Of a DNA stretch of 64,000 nucleotides, positions 29,129 to 39,610 are shown one piece after another. This DNA comes from Bdellovibrionota bacterium (GTDB lineage Bacteria > Bdellovibrionota_C > UBA2361 > JAAYZI01), in the NCBI GenBank assembly GCA_050950765.1, contig JBMNIF010000002.1, positions 384,001-448,000 on the forward strand, in the 5' to 3' direction. The stretch's first letter is position 1. Each line of letters opens with the position of its first letter. A model generated the notes under the pieces. It searched no databases, was not told where the DNA came from, and was given only the letters and a program-made list of their open reading frames with translations. The translations under genes were made by a program, and so were the position numbers.

Positions 29129-30394
29129 ATGGATAAGAATTTACCTAATGCTACTGCAAAAGATCTGTATGCTTTAAGTAGCGCTAAATTAGCAAAAGCT
29201 GTCTTCAACGGTGATGTTCCGGAAAAGTTTATCAGAGAGTTACCAGCACAGAGCCTATTTTTATTGGTAAAACATAACGGACTAGATTCCTCTGCTGATT
29301 TAATAGAGATGGCAAGCGTCAAACAGTGTCGTCTACTGTTAGACTTTGATTGTTGGCAAGGAGATGATTTTTATGAAGATAACTTCTGGAACTGGTTGGC
29401 AATTACTGATGCTAATGAGAATTTAAAACTTCTAAAAAAAATTATTACAGTTGCAGATTTAAATATCATCTCTCTACTACTCGCTAAATATGTGCAGTGG
29501 ATAACTTTAGAAGAACCTACCGATCAGCCACCTGCGGCGGAATACTACACTCCAGATAAAGGAACAACGTGGTTAAACATCAATGCTCCTGATTCGGATA
29601 AAACTTTTTTGCTGGGGCGGATGTTAGCGATGATCTTTGAAAACGATGCTGAGCTCTTTTATCAACTCTTAGCGACAACGGGTGCGCTGACAAACAGTGA
29701 GATAATCGAAGAAGCTTATCAAAACAAGGTTAAACGTTTAGCTGCAGAGGGTATCCCTGACGATGAATTTGCTTATACCGTCAATGCACCACTTTCTGAT
29801 AAAGAGGTCTCCGCTATCCTAAACAAAGACTCTTCTTTAAAAGGAGTCATAAATGATATTCGAACGATCGGTCCTTTAATTTACGACTCTATGACGGTGC
29901 AACCTCTACGCGGGTTATTATCAAAGATCCAACCGCGCGATGAGTTTGAAGCGGAGTTAACCTTAATTATGAACTGCGCCGTCCTGCGCTTTAAAGTTGA
30001 CCTTTGGGAGAGCGAAGAATTACAAGCTTTATGTGAAAAGGTTAAAGGAGCTATAAATATCGGTTTAGAAGGTGCCACCACACTGGCTCCCAACCTCTTG
30101 GATATTGAGATCTATCAGAAACTTGGTTTGCAAAAACTATACAGGTTCGGGATGTGGCAGATTATGAATTTGCAGAAGCAAGCGAAAAAACTTCCGAAAG
30201 AAAAACTAACCTCTCTTCCTCCTGAAATTTTTTCATTAGTTGCTGGAGCATTAGAAATTATCCCAGTATTTCCACGTTGTTTAAATAGTGATGGTAGCGT
30301 TAATAAATCAGAGGATGGAAAATTAGAATCAGGCTATCACCCGTTTGAACATAAGCAGCAACTCGATCTGGCAAACTCGTTACTACCGAAATAA
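29129..30394 (+). CDS. DUF6178-like protein
   Basis: LPAQSLF..GLDSSADLIEMAS..LLDFDCW and RLAAEGIP resemble DUF6178 proteins (recalled, not searched). Confidence 0.6.
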   Translation: MDKNLPNATAKDLYALSSAKLAKAVFNGDVPEKFIRELPAQSLFLLVKHNGLDSSADLIEMASVKQCRLLLDFDCWQGDDFYEDNFWNWLAITDANENLKLLKKIITVADLNIISLLLAKYVQWITLEEPTDQPPAAEYYTPDKGTTWLNINAPDSDKTFLLGRMLAMIFENDAELFYQLLATTGALTNSEIIEEAYQNKVKRLAAEGIPDDEFAYTVNAPLSDKEVSAILNKDSSLKGVINDIRTIGPLIYDSMTVQPLRGLLSKIQPRDEFEAELTLIMNCAVLRFKVDLWESEELQALCEKVKGAINIGLEGATTLAPNLLDIEIYQKLGLQKLYRFGMWQIMNLQKQAKKLPKEKLTSLPPEIFSLVAGALEIIPVFPRCLNSDGSVNKSEDGKLESGYHPFEHKQQLDLANSLLPK

Positions 30395-30424
30395 AAATTA
30401 TTAAAAAAGATAAAGCTCCCCCTC

Positions 30425-30940
30425 TTATTTCTTCTTTTTTCCCTTTTTACCTGACTTAGGTGCTTTCTCATCTTTCTTTTTTGTAGTGTCACCTGTTGTC
30501 TTTTGCTGAGGAGCAACTTGAAGTACCACTTCATTACATACTATCTCTGATACAAAACTATCCAAGCACTCGCCCTGCATATTTTCGCAATCTCGCATTA
30601 TCGCATCTTCTAAAGACTTTCTCGCAGAAAAATTAAGGGTGGCTAAGATAGTTGAACTTTGAATAAAACGGTTGGAGATGCAGCCCGTCATATTTTCATG
30701 TTTATCAGAGCAAAGTTTTTTAGCTCTACGCCGTTGCTTTTTTGCAATCTTGTTAATTTTATCTCGAGCTTCAGCCTCCGTTGCACCATTTGCTCCGATA
30801 TCATTTACAACAACTTTAATAGCATCCCCCTGCCCATCTTTCTTTTTCCAGTTATATCCGACTTCAGTTGAACAAGAGAAATCAGCCAGCACAAGGTTTG
30901 GCAAAAATATCAATATTACGGTAATAACGGTTCTTTTCAT
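30425..30940 (-). CDS. Exported hypothetical protein, 6 Cys, Lys-rich tail
   Basis: Signal peptide ending VLA-D; basic C-terminus. Confidence 0.7.
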   Translation of the reverse strand: MKRTVITVILIFLPNLVLADFSCSTEVGYNWKKKDGQGDAIKVVVNDIGANGATEAEARDKINKIAKKQRRRAKKLCSDKHENMTGCISNRFIQSSTILATLNFSARKSLEDAIMRDCENMQGECLDSFVSEIVCNEVVLQVAPQQKTTGDTTKKKDEKAPKSGKKGKKKK

Positions 30941-31006
30941 AGAAGTTGCTTAACATAAAGAAGAGATAGAACATAGATAATATTTTTTAATTTATTTTTT
31001 GGAAGG

Positions 31007-31168
31007 TGGTAAAAGCCCGTAACAGAACTCTCACTCACTGGGACTTGATGGTAAAAGCCCGTAACAAAAATTAGACTCAATGGGACTTGATGGTAAAAGC
31101 CCGTAACAGAACTTACACTCGCTAGGACTTAGTGACAAAAGCCTGTGGGAAATTAGACTCGCTAGACC
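31007..31168. repeat. 42-bp tandem repeat, 4 copies (last degenerate)
   Basis: TGGTAAAAGCCCGTAACA at 31007, 31049 and 31091; degenerate copy at 31133. Confidence 0.9.
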
Positions 31169-31179
31169 ATACTTGGCAT

Positions 31180-31218
31180 AAAAAAACCCGCTTTTAATGA
31201 AATCATTAAAAGCGGGTT
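31180..31218 (-). terminator. Rho-independent terminator of 31268..31603
   Basis: Perfect 16-bp inverted repeat AACCCGCTTTTAATGA/TCATTAAAAGCGGGTT, with a U-tract on the minus strand. Confidence 0.85.
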
Positions 31219-31267
31219 ATACGTCTTTCTGTATCTTAGGGAGAGATTGTATTTGTAAAAAACCTAG

Positions 31268-31603
31268 TTAACTTGCTTCTTTCATGAAATACCAAGGAGC
31301 TGTCCTACGTTCCCCCCGTTTCGGCATTGCTGCTATCAGGTCAGCAATCCTTTGCGGTTCCAAGTCCAGCTGATGGCATACCCACGCGAACGAAAATTCT
31401 ATATACGGTGGATCCATCCTTTGCTTAAAGATCCACTCTTCGGCTTCTTTAACTTCATGTCGAGAGTTGCCGACATAATCTCTGATAGCTCTTTCTAGGA
31501 CAGCCATTAAGAGATTCCTTTCCGGAGTTCCTGTAAGATTCGGTTCACCATAAATTTCAAAGCCGTCTTCATCACAAATATACGAACAACTTTCAGTAGT
31601 CAT
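31268..31603 (-). CDS. Small hypothetical protein, paralog of 59725..60027
   Basis: PERNLLMAVLERAIRDY...WIF...FSFAWVCHQLDL; GGAG RBS upstream. Confidence 0.8.
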   Translation of the reverse strand: MTTESCSYICDEDGFEIYGEPNLTGTPERNLLMAVLERAIRDYVGNSRHEVKEAEEWIFKQRMDPPYIEFSFAWVCHQLDLEPQRIADLIAAMPKRGERRTAPWYFMKEAS

Positions 31604-31754
31604 AAATCAGTTCTCCAATAGAGAAAAAAGTATTGCCTTTTTAAAATCACAAGAGAGACGTACAAGGCTAAAAAATATTCATTTAAAATCTATTTTTTTT
31701 AGATCTTTAGTAGCTACTGGAGAAAATAGAACTGTATTTTATTTTATAGGGTGA

Positions 31755-33152
31755 TTAGACTATCCCACCTTTAGTCATTTTTACAATATCAATCAAAATA
31801 TCGAGATCTTCAGGGGTGGTAAGACCTGCTGCTAGAGCGGCTTCTTTAATTGATAGATTCTCCGTTACAGCTTTTTTAGCTACCTGCGCCGCCGCATCAT
31901 ACCCTAACGTTGGAACCAGCGCCGTACAATTTGAAAGGCTTGCTTCCGCAAAAAACTTACACCGATCTTCATTAGCGGAGATCCCCGCAATACATTTTTC
32001 AGCAAAGTTATCTCCCGCTGCGGCGAGTAAATTAATGGACTCTAAAATACTATACGCCATTACAGGCAGCGCTGTATTAAGCTCAAAATTACTTTGTTGA
32101 TTAGCAAACGTTATCGCCGTGTCATATCCGATCACTTGACAAGCAACCATAATAACGGACTCACAGATAACAGGATTAACCTTACCAGGCATAATACTAG
32201 ATCCAGGTTGAATCTCGGGCAGCTTTAACTCAGCTAAGTTACATCTCGGTCCCGCCGCCAGCCAACGGATGTCATTAGCGATCTTTATTAAAGCAGAGGC
32301 AGCACCTTTCAAAGCTCCACTTAACTCAAGAATAGAATCCTGCGCCGCTTGCGCTGCGAAATGATTTTCCGCTTCTGAAAAAGATCGTCCTGTTCTCTCA
32401 TTTAAAAAAGCGATCACTTTAGAAGCAAACTCAGGATGTGCATTTAAACCCGTTCCTACTGCTGTACCACCAAGCGGCAAGTGTCGCACTGATATTAAAG
32501 CGCGCTCTATCCGCTCCCAAGCTTGCTGCACCTGTGCTGCATAACCACTAAACTCCTGCCCTAAAGTGATCGGAGTCGCATCTTGCAGATGCGTTCTCCC
32601 TACCTTAACGATAGCTGAAAACTCTTGCGTCTTTTTTATCAACGCTGCATGTAAATTTTTTAAAGCTGGAATCAATTTCCCATCACTAAGCTCCACAGCG
32701 GCAATATGTATAGCAGACGGAAAGACATCATTTGAAGATTGACAGAGGTTAACATCATCATTCGGATGAATCGTTTTTTTATCGCCTTTCGGTTTCTGCA
32801 AGATCTCAAGAGCTCTATTCGCAATCACTTCATTAGCATTCATATTAGTTGAAGTACCGGATCCAGTTTGATAAACATCAACCACAAAGTGTTGATAGTT
32901 TTTCCCCGTCACCACCTCTTCTGCAGCCGCTATAATAGCTGCCGCTTTATCCGGCGCTAATAACCCCAGATCTCTATTAACAGTAGCTGCCGCTAATTTA
33001 ATAAACCCTAAAGCAGAGATAAACTCTCTCTGAAAACGTTTATCACTAATAGGAAAATTCAAGACAGCACGTTGCGTTGAAGCACCGTATAACGCCTCAT
33101 CAGGAAGGTGCATCTCACCCATAGAATCTTTTTCTATCCTCATTTTTTTCAC
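31755..33152 (-). CDS. fumC: Class II fumarate hydratase
   Basis: QTGSGTSTNMNANEVIANRA, HPNDDVN..QSSND, GRTHLQDATP, GSSIMPGKVNPV. Confidence 0.93.
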   Translation of the reverse strand: MKKMRIEKDSMGEMHLPDEALYGASTQRAVLNFPISDKRFQREFISALGFIKLAAATVNRDLGLLAPDKAAAIIAAAEEVVTGKNYQHFVVDVYQTGSGTSTNMNANEVIANRALEILQKPKGDKKTIHPNDDVNLCQSSNDVFPSAIHIAAVELSDGKLIPALKNLHAALIKKTQEFSAIVKVGRTHLQDATPITLGQEFSGYAAQVQQAWERIERALISVRHLPLGGTAVGTGLNAHPEFASKVIAFLNERTGRSFSEAENHFAAQAAQDSILELSGALKGAASALIKIANDIRWLAAGPRCNLAELKLPEIQPGSSIMPGKVNPVICESVIMVACQVIGYDTAITFANQQSNFELNTALPVMAYSILESINLLAAAGDNFAEKCIAGISANEDRCKFFAEASLSNCTALVPTLGYDAAAQVAKKAVTENLSIKEAALAAGLTTPEDLDILIDIVKMTKGGIV

Positions 33153-33156
33153 CCCC

Positions 33157-33702
33157 TCATTTTTTACGACTTTCAGCGTAACGCATAATTCCGATAATAG
33201 TCATAGCATCCTTTATCTCGCCTACGGCGATCATCTGCAACGCTTCCTCAAGTGTTACATACCTTAAACTCAAAACCTCCGTTCCATCAGGATCTTTAGG
33301 AACCTCTTCTAGATCCTCTGCAAGAAAGAGATACCCCCTTTCGTTAGTAAAGCAGTTGCTCAACATAATCTCTCCTCCGAGAGGTTGCCACTTTGAAGCT
33401 TTAAAACCGCCCTCCTCTACCAACTCTCTCTTTATCGCATCAAGGGGTGTTTCGCCAACTTCAGCGCCCCCTTCAATTATCTCCCAAGAATACTCCTCTA
33501 CGGCGTAACGGTATTGTCCAACTAAGATAATCTTCCCTTCAGCATTAACAGCCACTACTCCCGTTGCAAACCTTGCTTCTACCACACTATAAATTCCATC
33601 ACTACCATCGGGTCTAATAACACTATCTTCTCTAAGGCGTATCCACGGATTTTTATATACCTCACGACTCCCTTTTTTTACCCACGGATTCTTTTCCGAC
33701 AT
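33157..33702 (-). CDS. NUDIX hydrolase (ADP-ribose pyrophosphatase-like)
   Basis: Nudix box GGAEVGETPLDAIKRELVEEGG; QYRY; GEIKDAMT. Confidence 0.9.
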   Translation of the reverse strand: MSEKNPWVKKGSREVYKNPWIRLREDSVIRPDGSDGIYSVVEARFATGVVAVNAEGKIILVGQYRYAVEEYSWEIIEGGAEVGETPLDAIKRELVEEGGFKASKWQPLGGEIMLSNCFTNERGYLFLAEDLEEVPKDPDGTEVLSLRYVTLEEALQMIAVGEIKDAMTIIGIMRYAESRKK

Positions 33703-34004
33703 TTAAACCCCATTAAATAAAGTGATAAAATTAACGGACTAGATCGATAAATTACCTCTCCAAAGATTCACATCAAATACCCCCTTAATAGATTAAGATC
33801 CCGCACTCCTCTCGGCAACCTTCAAAAAACGATCCTTGTGTTCCTCTAATAACTCTTTAATAGGTGCAACTCTTTTATGTAAAGAGGAGATCTGAAAGGA
33901 TGTGGGCTTTTAGTATCCTTATAATTTACACCTACGATAAAAAAGTGATCTTAAGTGATGCTTCTACCTTACATACAAAGTTTAATAACAGAGGTGTTTT
34001 TTAA

Positions 34005-34694
34005 CTAACTAGCATTTTGCGCTAATACAAGGGTAGCTGAGCGCATCCCCTGCAAATAGACTTTTACAGATGCTAGAGAATTAAAGACAGGGCAGCCTAA
34101 CTTAATCAAATTATCGTGGTGCTGACACCCTCTGGAAACGAGTATGCAATCAATACCGAGAACATCTGCCACCTCCTTATCGTGTGCAGTATCACCCACC
34201 AACAGAATCTCACTTGCAGAAAAGTCGTTATCATTAAACCACTTTTGCCCGTTAGCAACTTTGCTGTCAGCTGCATTAGAGTGCAGCCCCTGCACATCCG
34301 TAAAGAATGAACCTAACCCCTTCTCTGTCACACTCTTAATCAAGATATCGTGGGGTAACGCCGACAAGATCGATTGACTGAGACCCCAACTTTGCAGAGT
34401 TGTTAAGATCGGAAGAGCATCATCAAAGATCTTACATTCAGGTAGACACTCTACATAACTGTTATGAAAATGATCCGTTATCTCCAAGTATGAACGCTTA
34501 CTAAAATCCACCCCGACTTCCGTATAAAAGTCCTTCATCGGATGGTGGAACTTCCGTTTATACTCATCAGGCGGTATGGCTGGCACACCACAAAGTTCAA
34601 GCTCTTTTAGACAGAGGAGGTAGCTGACAGTGGCATCATTGATTAACGTGCCGTTCCAATCCCAGATCGTATGTTTATAAAAGGTATTACTCAT
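34005..34694 (-). CDS. HAD-family hydrolase (phosphoglycolate phosphatase-like)
   Basis: IWDWNGTLIND, ILSA, K, LVGDTAHD. Confidence 0.88.
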   Translation of the reverse strand: MSNTFYKHTIWDWNGTLINDATVSYLLCLKELELCGVPAIPPDEYKRKFHHPMKDFYTEVGVDFSKRSYLEITDHFHNSYVECLPECKIFDDALPILTTLQSWGLSQSILSALPHDILIKSVTEKGLGSFFTDVQGLHSNAADSKVANGQKWFNDNDFSASEILLVGDTAHDKEVADVLGIDCILVSRGCQHHDNLIKLGCPVFNSLASVKVYLQGMRSATLVLAQNAS

Positions 34695-35058
34695 TATAAA
34701 TTTCTCTGATAAAAAATGGTTTTTTACAGCCATGAATATACAAGAGATTACGTTCTTTAGCTATTTTTTAGGAGTGCTACATTCTAAAAACTGGGAAAAA
34801 TATCGCTTGGCTTAATTAAATCAAGGTGCTAGCCCCCTTTAAAAGTATCCGTTTTCTTTACAGATAATAGTTTGATGTGACTAGCGACACCGAATCTTGT
34901 AAAATCAGGTATCCGAAAATAGTTAAACTTAAAGAGTAAGTGGCAATAAATTTTAAGAAGATTACCTATTTCGGTAAAAGTATTAGGATTAATTGAAGCA
35001 AAATATTCTTTAAGAGGATTAGAGTTCAGATATTAAATCTTTCTAAGGTCATGCTGAT

Positions 35059-35376
35059 ATGGAAAACAAAAGTTCTGAATTATTTGATAAACTGGGTCTT
35101 CAAGTAAGCTCCTGTAATGTTGAAGAGGGGAAAACATACTGGATTTACGGCTGCATCACTAAATTTATAGACGATACACCAGGCAACGTTATCGTCGAGC
35201 TTAACTTTTCAATTCGCACTCGACTCACCATACAAACTAAGGAAAAGGTCGAGCTATTAAAAGAACGTGCTTTTGAAGCAGGTATCTTCGTCTGCACAAT
35301 GCTCCCGAAAAATGATCAACTGGATGCTGATTGTCAAACAGTTGTTTTCGGACGTAAGCAGAGCGTAGTAGTTTAG
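35059..35376 (+). CDS. Hypothetical protein
   Basis: 105-aa ORF with plausible composition, followed by a terminator. Confidence 0.7.
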   Translation: MENKSSELFDKLGLQVSSCNVEEGKTYWIYGCITKFIDDTPGNVIVELNFSIRTRLTIQTKEKVELLKERAFEAGIFVCTMLPKNDQLDADCQTVVFGRKQSVVV

Positions 35377-35402
35377 AGACCTTCCTGTAAGCTTGATCTA
35401 TT

Positions 35403-35442
35403 AACCCGGACACGCTAAAAAAGTGTCCGGGTTTTTTCTTTT
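35403..35442 (+). terminator. Rho-independent terminator
   Basis: AACCCGGACAC/GTGTCCGGGTT inverted repeat followed by a T-run. Confidence 0.85.
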
Positions 35443-35454
35443 TTAGGCAAGCAC

Positions 35455-36075
35455 ATGGATCATCTTAATGAATCTCAATCTGAAAAACAGACACAAAGTA
35501 TCGACACTGTTTCTGAAATAAAATCATTTATCAAATCAGTTATCGTCCTCGTTATCTTAATCATCATTTTACGTGGATCTATTATAGAAGCTTTTAGAAT
35601 ACCGTCGGCTTCTATGCGCCCAACCCTGATTGAACAAGATCATATCCTTGTTACTAAGTTTGATTACGGTCTACGTGCCGCTTTTTTCCCTAAAACACTT
35701 TACCAGTTTACAACACCCAAGCGTGGAGACATCGTTGTGTTTACGCAGGAAAACGAGCCGGAGACAAACATCATCAAACGTGTTATCGGATTAGCAGGGG
35801 AAACTTTTGAAGTTAAAGGACGGCAAGTTTTTATAAATGGAAAAGAGCTTCAAGAACCTGAAAATATAAAGTGGCTTGATGGCGGAAAAGAAGATTTCGG
35901 TCCCGTAACTATTCCAGAAGGTCACGTTATTGTTCTAGGTGATAACAGAGACCACTCCAGAGACTCCAGATATTGGAATAACCCCTTTCTTGATATCAAA
36001 CTAATTAAAGGTAAAGCTAAGATTATCTATTTTAACTGGGTTTCTCTAAGCAGAGCGGGAACTTTAATTAAATAA
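35455..36075 (+). CDS. lepB: Signal peptidase I
   Basis: IPSASMRPTL, RGDIVVF, IIKRVIG, VLGDNRDHSRDSRYW. Confidence 0.95.
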   Translation: MDHLNESQSEKQTQSIDTVSEIKSFIKSVIVLVILIIILRGSIIEAFRIPSASMRPTLIEQDHILVTKFDYGLRAAFFPKTLYQFTTPKRGDIVVFTQENEPETNIIKRVIGLAGETFEVKGRQVFINGKELQEPENIKWLDGGKEDFGPVTIPEGHVIVLGDNRDHSRDSRYWNNPFLDIKLIKGKAKIIYFNWVSLSRAGTLIK

Positions 36076-36292
36076 TCTCTGATCATAATTTGATTATAAA
36101 TAGTTAAAATACACATTCTTCTTTTATTTCAATATGTTAGCGACACGCTCTAACATTTCTTGCGTCTCTACAAGCACATAACTCATCTTAATCAGGGGGC
36201 TGTCTTATTTTACTTGAAGCGCAAAGAACGCAAAGCAGATAAGAGTAGAGTGCCCGTTATATAGAACTGAAAATATAATTCTCTATAAATAA

Positions 36293-39200
36293 ATGACAGA
36301 AACAAAGGAAAAGAAACATAAAGAGAGTAAGCCTCGAAAAAAAACGGCATCTACTTCAGCCAAAACAAAGGAGGTCAACTCTGAAACTACCGCAAAGGTC
36401 GAACAGCCGTTAGCTGCAGAAAAAAAGAGCACCCGTAAAAAAGCAACATCCAGCGCTTCAAAAAAATCTCTCTCAAAAACAGTTACAAAATCAAGAGCCT
36501 CTCTTCCGAAGTTCAAGCTTAAAATAAAACCTATTAAAGCGTTGACTTCAAAAGAGCACCTCCCTTCTGAAGAGCTTTTAGCGATTAATAAAAGTAGAGA
36601 GGAGCGTGGTCACGCTTTGGCAGATCTACTTTTTGAATATGCCAATAAAAAAAGGATATTAGATTTAGACACCTATGTAGAAGCTATTCAAGAGGCAGTA
36701 CGTGGTAAACGATCGGAGGAGAATCAAGCTATCTTAAGAGCAGCCTGCGCATACTTTAAAGAAAAGTATACAAAGTGGTGTCGTGAAAGAGGTAACAGCG
36801 TTGAGCTATTAGATAATATCGTTCGCAGAACGGGGAAAGAGACAGAGCCTTTTTTAGCTAAGCTCTTACACGGGTTTGATGTAAAAGAGATGGCGAGAGA
36901 GCTCTGGGATCTGGATGTTCAAAAGAAAACAGCAGAGTTGCGAATTGCACGGCAACAGATATACGAGCTAACAAACGATCAAGTAACGGAGCTGCGCGAA
37001 GAGTACAACACCATTCCGAGTCAAGACCTTGCAACTGAAATTCATACAGCGCTTTACGCCACTAACCTAACGGGAGAAGCACAACCTGACGTCTCTGCCA
37101 TTAAGTACGCTTTGCGTGGCAGAACCTTAAATGAAGTAAAGCAGATCGAGTTTCAATTTAATGAAAAATATCATTTCGTGTATGACGACTCCAAAGAGCC
37201 TCCTCTGCGACAACAGTTGCGTGATAAATTATCTGAAAAAGATGCGCGCGAAATTGAAAAGCTTTTAAAAGGTTTTAGCTCAAGAGAGGTGGCAGAAAAC
37301 GTACACGATCTTTTAGTTCATTGTTCGGAAGCAAGTGAAGTTATCCAAACAAAGAAGAAAATTCATCCTGATTTTTCAGGTAATTTTAGACGTGATTATT
37401 CAGCAGCTCCTGTGATAGAGCGCGAGCTGCGTGCGAGAGAAGAGATCGATCACCTAATTGAATATCTTACTCCAGCACAATTTAAAAATGTAAATCGTCA
37501 ACTTGAACAACGATTTTCAGAAAAGCTTACAGAAGGGCTTTATTCTTGCAATCATCCTTTTGATCCGCGCAAAGTTGCTATCCAACTCTTTAGATCATTT
37601 CAAAACGTTCCACAACGTAGACAGTGTCGTAAAGATCAAGATTATCTGGCGTATTCTCAGGTTCTTGAAATTAAATCACGTTTCAGTACCAGCACACACA
37701 GTGAGATAACGGAGATTATAACTAAATGGGCAAATGAACAGAAAGCTTCTGAATCTTTTCAGATAATCAAACAAGCCCTACTTCCGATTCAAGATCTAGA
37801 TCCGACACAACTTTTTTATGTTAAAAAATGGTTCTACGTCTGCACCGGTTTAACGTTGCAAAAATACATTGAAGAGCGTGTTAATTTTCTTTGCAGAAAT
37901 GATGTTCCTAAATATGTTGCTATTATTTTAAAAAACAGACTTGCTGGAACTTCTCGTTTACCACTAAAAGCAGACCTCTTTGATCTTTTCTCTACGGCGG
38001 AGCAACGCCAACAAAACTATATAAACCTAGAGCCTCAAGCAAAATTGTTAGAACAAGCTAAAGCTGATGCTAGAGCCATAGATAAAATTCTCTCGGACAA
38101 ACAGGATGCGCGCAAATCAAAAGCTTTACTAGCTTTTCTTGAGAAACGGAACAGAGATCAGAGTAATGCTATGGAAAAAGCATTTTTAGAATTGTCTAAA
38201 GGCGTTCCCTTAATAGAGGCTATCAGAAGTAAAGTTAAGTCAAAAAAATCTCAAACGGCAGCTATTTTACTTTTATCTCAATTTCATGTTTGGGAAGAGG
38301 CGAAACGTATTGATAAAGATCCTGAGCATTTATTAACACTACTAGCGGAGCCACCACGTTCAGTTGCTTTTGTGCTGCAAGAGTATAGAGCAACATACAA
38401 GAAAAACTTATCAAGTATAATTAAAAGCAGTTATAAAGGTCAGGACTTACAGGAGAAACGGTTACTTTTAAATTCCGTTCTTTTTACTCCTAACGTTTTA
38501 AAGCTGCATAAGATCTTCAAAACAACGGAGCCACTTCCAGAGGAATCTCTTCATTTTTTAACTAGACAACTTTCCCGTCCGCGTTTGGATGTACTGGCGT
38601 TTGAGGCAGCTTACAACCGCTACTTCGCACGTTTTGAATATTGCCAAGATAAACTTTACGGATCACTTTTACAGCAGTTAAGGATCTTAGCAACAGAAGA
38701 GCTTATCCCACGTCAATCTTTTGCAAGTGCTGTTCTTCTATTAGAAGATGTTGATCCATCAATTCCAGTTACGATGCAAAATCACCTAAGTGAAAAAGAG
38801 ATCGGCGGCAATGCCATTATTAAGCTGCATCAACTGTTACGCGACTTTAAAGACCACTTAAAGATCTTACAGAAAGCCTATAACGCTTTAAACGAAAAAA
38901 ATACTCTTCGCGAAACGATCTATGATCTGAAGATACCGCTCGAGGTGAAAAACAAAACTTTACTTCTGCTAGACGGTTATGATCCTGATGCGGTCGCTAA
39001 AGAGATTATCACACTACTGAAAAAAGATTTATCAGCAGAGAAACTCGGGGCTGAGATCTGCGCCATCTTAGCAACATCAACACCTAAAGCTTTTAATCCA
39101 CGCATTCCGCTGCAAGCTAACTGGATTGATGAGATGTATCATCAGATCCGTGTTAGTTATGAAGCTCAAACAGGTAGTAGACTGATAGCAGACCTACTTC

Positions 39201-39541
39201 GCAGAAACGTTCCTATGAAGGGGGCAGGCATTAACGCTATTACATATAAGCTTTACGGTGAAGTTGCCAAAACTGTTATCAACATTCGACACCTCGTTAG
39301 CTTGCGCGGAACTGCTGCCGATAAGTTTGAAGTTACGGATAGAAAAATCGTGCAAACCTTAGCGGATCTTTTACCAGCTCTAAGGGAAAGAGCTATGAAT
39401 ATGTATGATGCCTATTATTCAGATGTAGGCGGAAGTCTCTCCCTACTGGCAGAGATAAAAACCTTCTCCAATAAACTCGTCCGCCAAAATGGAATAGAGC
39501 TGCTTGAGGAAGCGCTAGTCTGGGACACTCCTGAACAGTAA
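36293..39541 (+). CDS. Large helical protein with annexin-like repeats and a Lys/Ser/Thr-rich N-terminal tail
   Basis: Recurring [GHQ][FY][DSH]xxxxAxx[LIV] starts and Y/F-xxx-[YT]-G/K-x-x-L-xxx-[IL] segments such as QEYRATYKKNLSSIIKSSYKG and VSYEAQTGSRLIADL. The CDS is secure; the annexin call is inference. Confidence 0.6.
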   Translation: MTETKEKKHKESKPRKKTASTSAKTKEVNSETTAKVEQPLAAEKKSTRKKATSSASKKSLSKTVTKSRASLPKFKLKIKPIKALTSKEHLPSEELLAINKSREERGHALADLLFEYANKKRILDLDTYVEAIQEAVRGKRSEENQAILRAACAYFKEKYTKWCRERGNSVELLDNIVRRTGKETEPFLAKLLHGFDVKEMARELWDLDVQKKTAELRIARQQIYELTNDQVTELREEYNTIPSQDLATEIHTALYATNLTGEAQPDVSAIKYALRGRTLNEVKQIEFQFNEKYHFVYDDSKEPPLRQQLRDKLSEKDAREIEKLLKGFSSREVAENVHDLLVHCSEASEVIQTKKKIHPDFSGNFRRDYSAAPVIERELRAREEIDHLIEYLTPAQFKNVNRQLEQRFSEKLTEGLYSCNHPFDPRKVAIQLFRSFQNVPQRRQCRKDQDYLAYSQVLEIKSRFSTSTHSEITEIITKWANEQKASESFQIIKQALLPIQDLDPTQLFYVKKWFYVCTGLTLQKYIEERVNFLCRNDVPKYVAIILKNRLAGTSRLPLKADLFDLFSTAEQRQQNYINLEPQAKLLEQAKADARAIDKILSDKQDARKSKALLAFLEKRNRDQSNAMEKAFLELSKGVPLIEAIRSKVKSKKSQTAAILLLSQFHVWEEAKRIDKDPEHLLTLLAEPPRSVAFVLQEYRATYKKNLSSIIKSSYKGQDLQEKRLLLNSVLFTPNVLKLHKIFKTTEPLPEESLHFLTRQLSRPRLDVLAFEAAYNRYFARFEYCQDKLYGSLLQQLRILATEELIPRQSFASAVLLLEDVDPSIPVTMQNHLSEKEIGGNAIIKLHQLLRDFKDHLKILQKAYNALNEKNTLRETIYDLKIPLEVKNKTLLLLDGYDPDAVAKEIITLLKKDLSAEKLGAEICAILATSTPKAFNPRIPLQANWIDEMYHQIRVSYEAQTGSRLIADLLRRNVPMKGAGINAITYKLYGEVAKTVINIRHLVSLRGTAADKFEVTDRKIVQTLADLLPALRERAMNMYDAYYSDVGGSLSLLAEIKTFSNKLVRQNGIELLEEALVWDTPEQ

Positions 39542-39610
39542 ATTTTTTCCCCCCTCAAAAACACGCCTCCCGCACTAGCCGCCCGCTCTGCCAGAACCCG
39601 TCTTACTAAA

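Noticed and set aside
31007..31168. Mini-CRISPR
   Set aside because: The variable segments are only about 13 bp and are homologous to each other, so this is a drifting 42-bp tandem repeat.
33730..33900. Possible minus-strand gene remnant (LHKRVAPIKELLEEHKDRFLKVAER)
   Set aside because: Short, with no start codon or recognisable family; it cannot be supported without a search.
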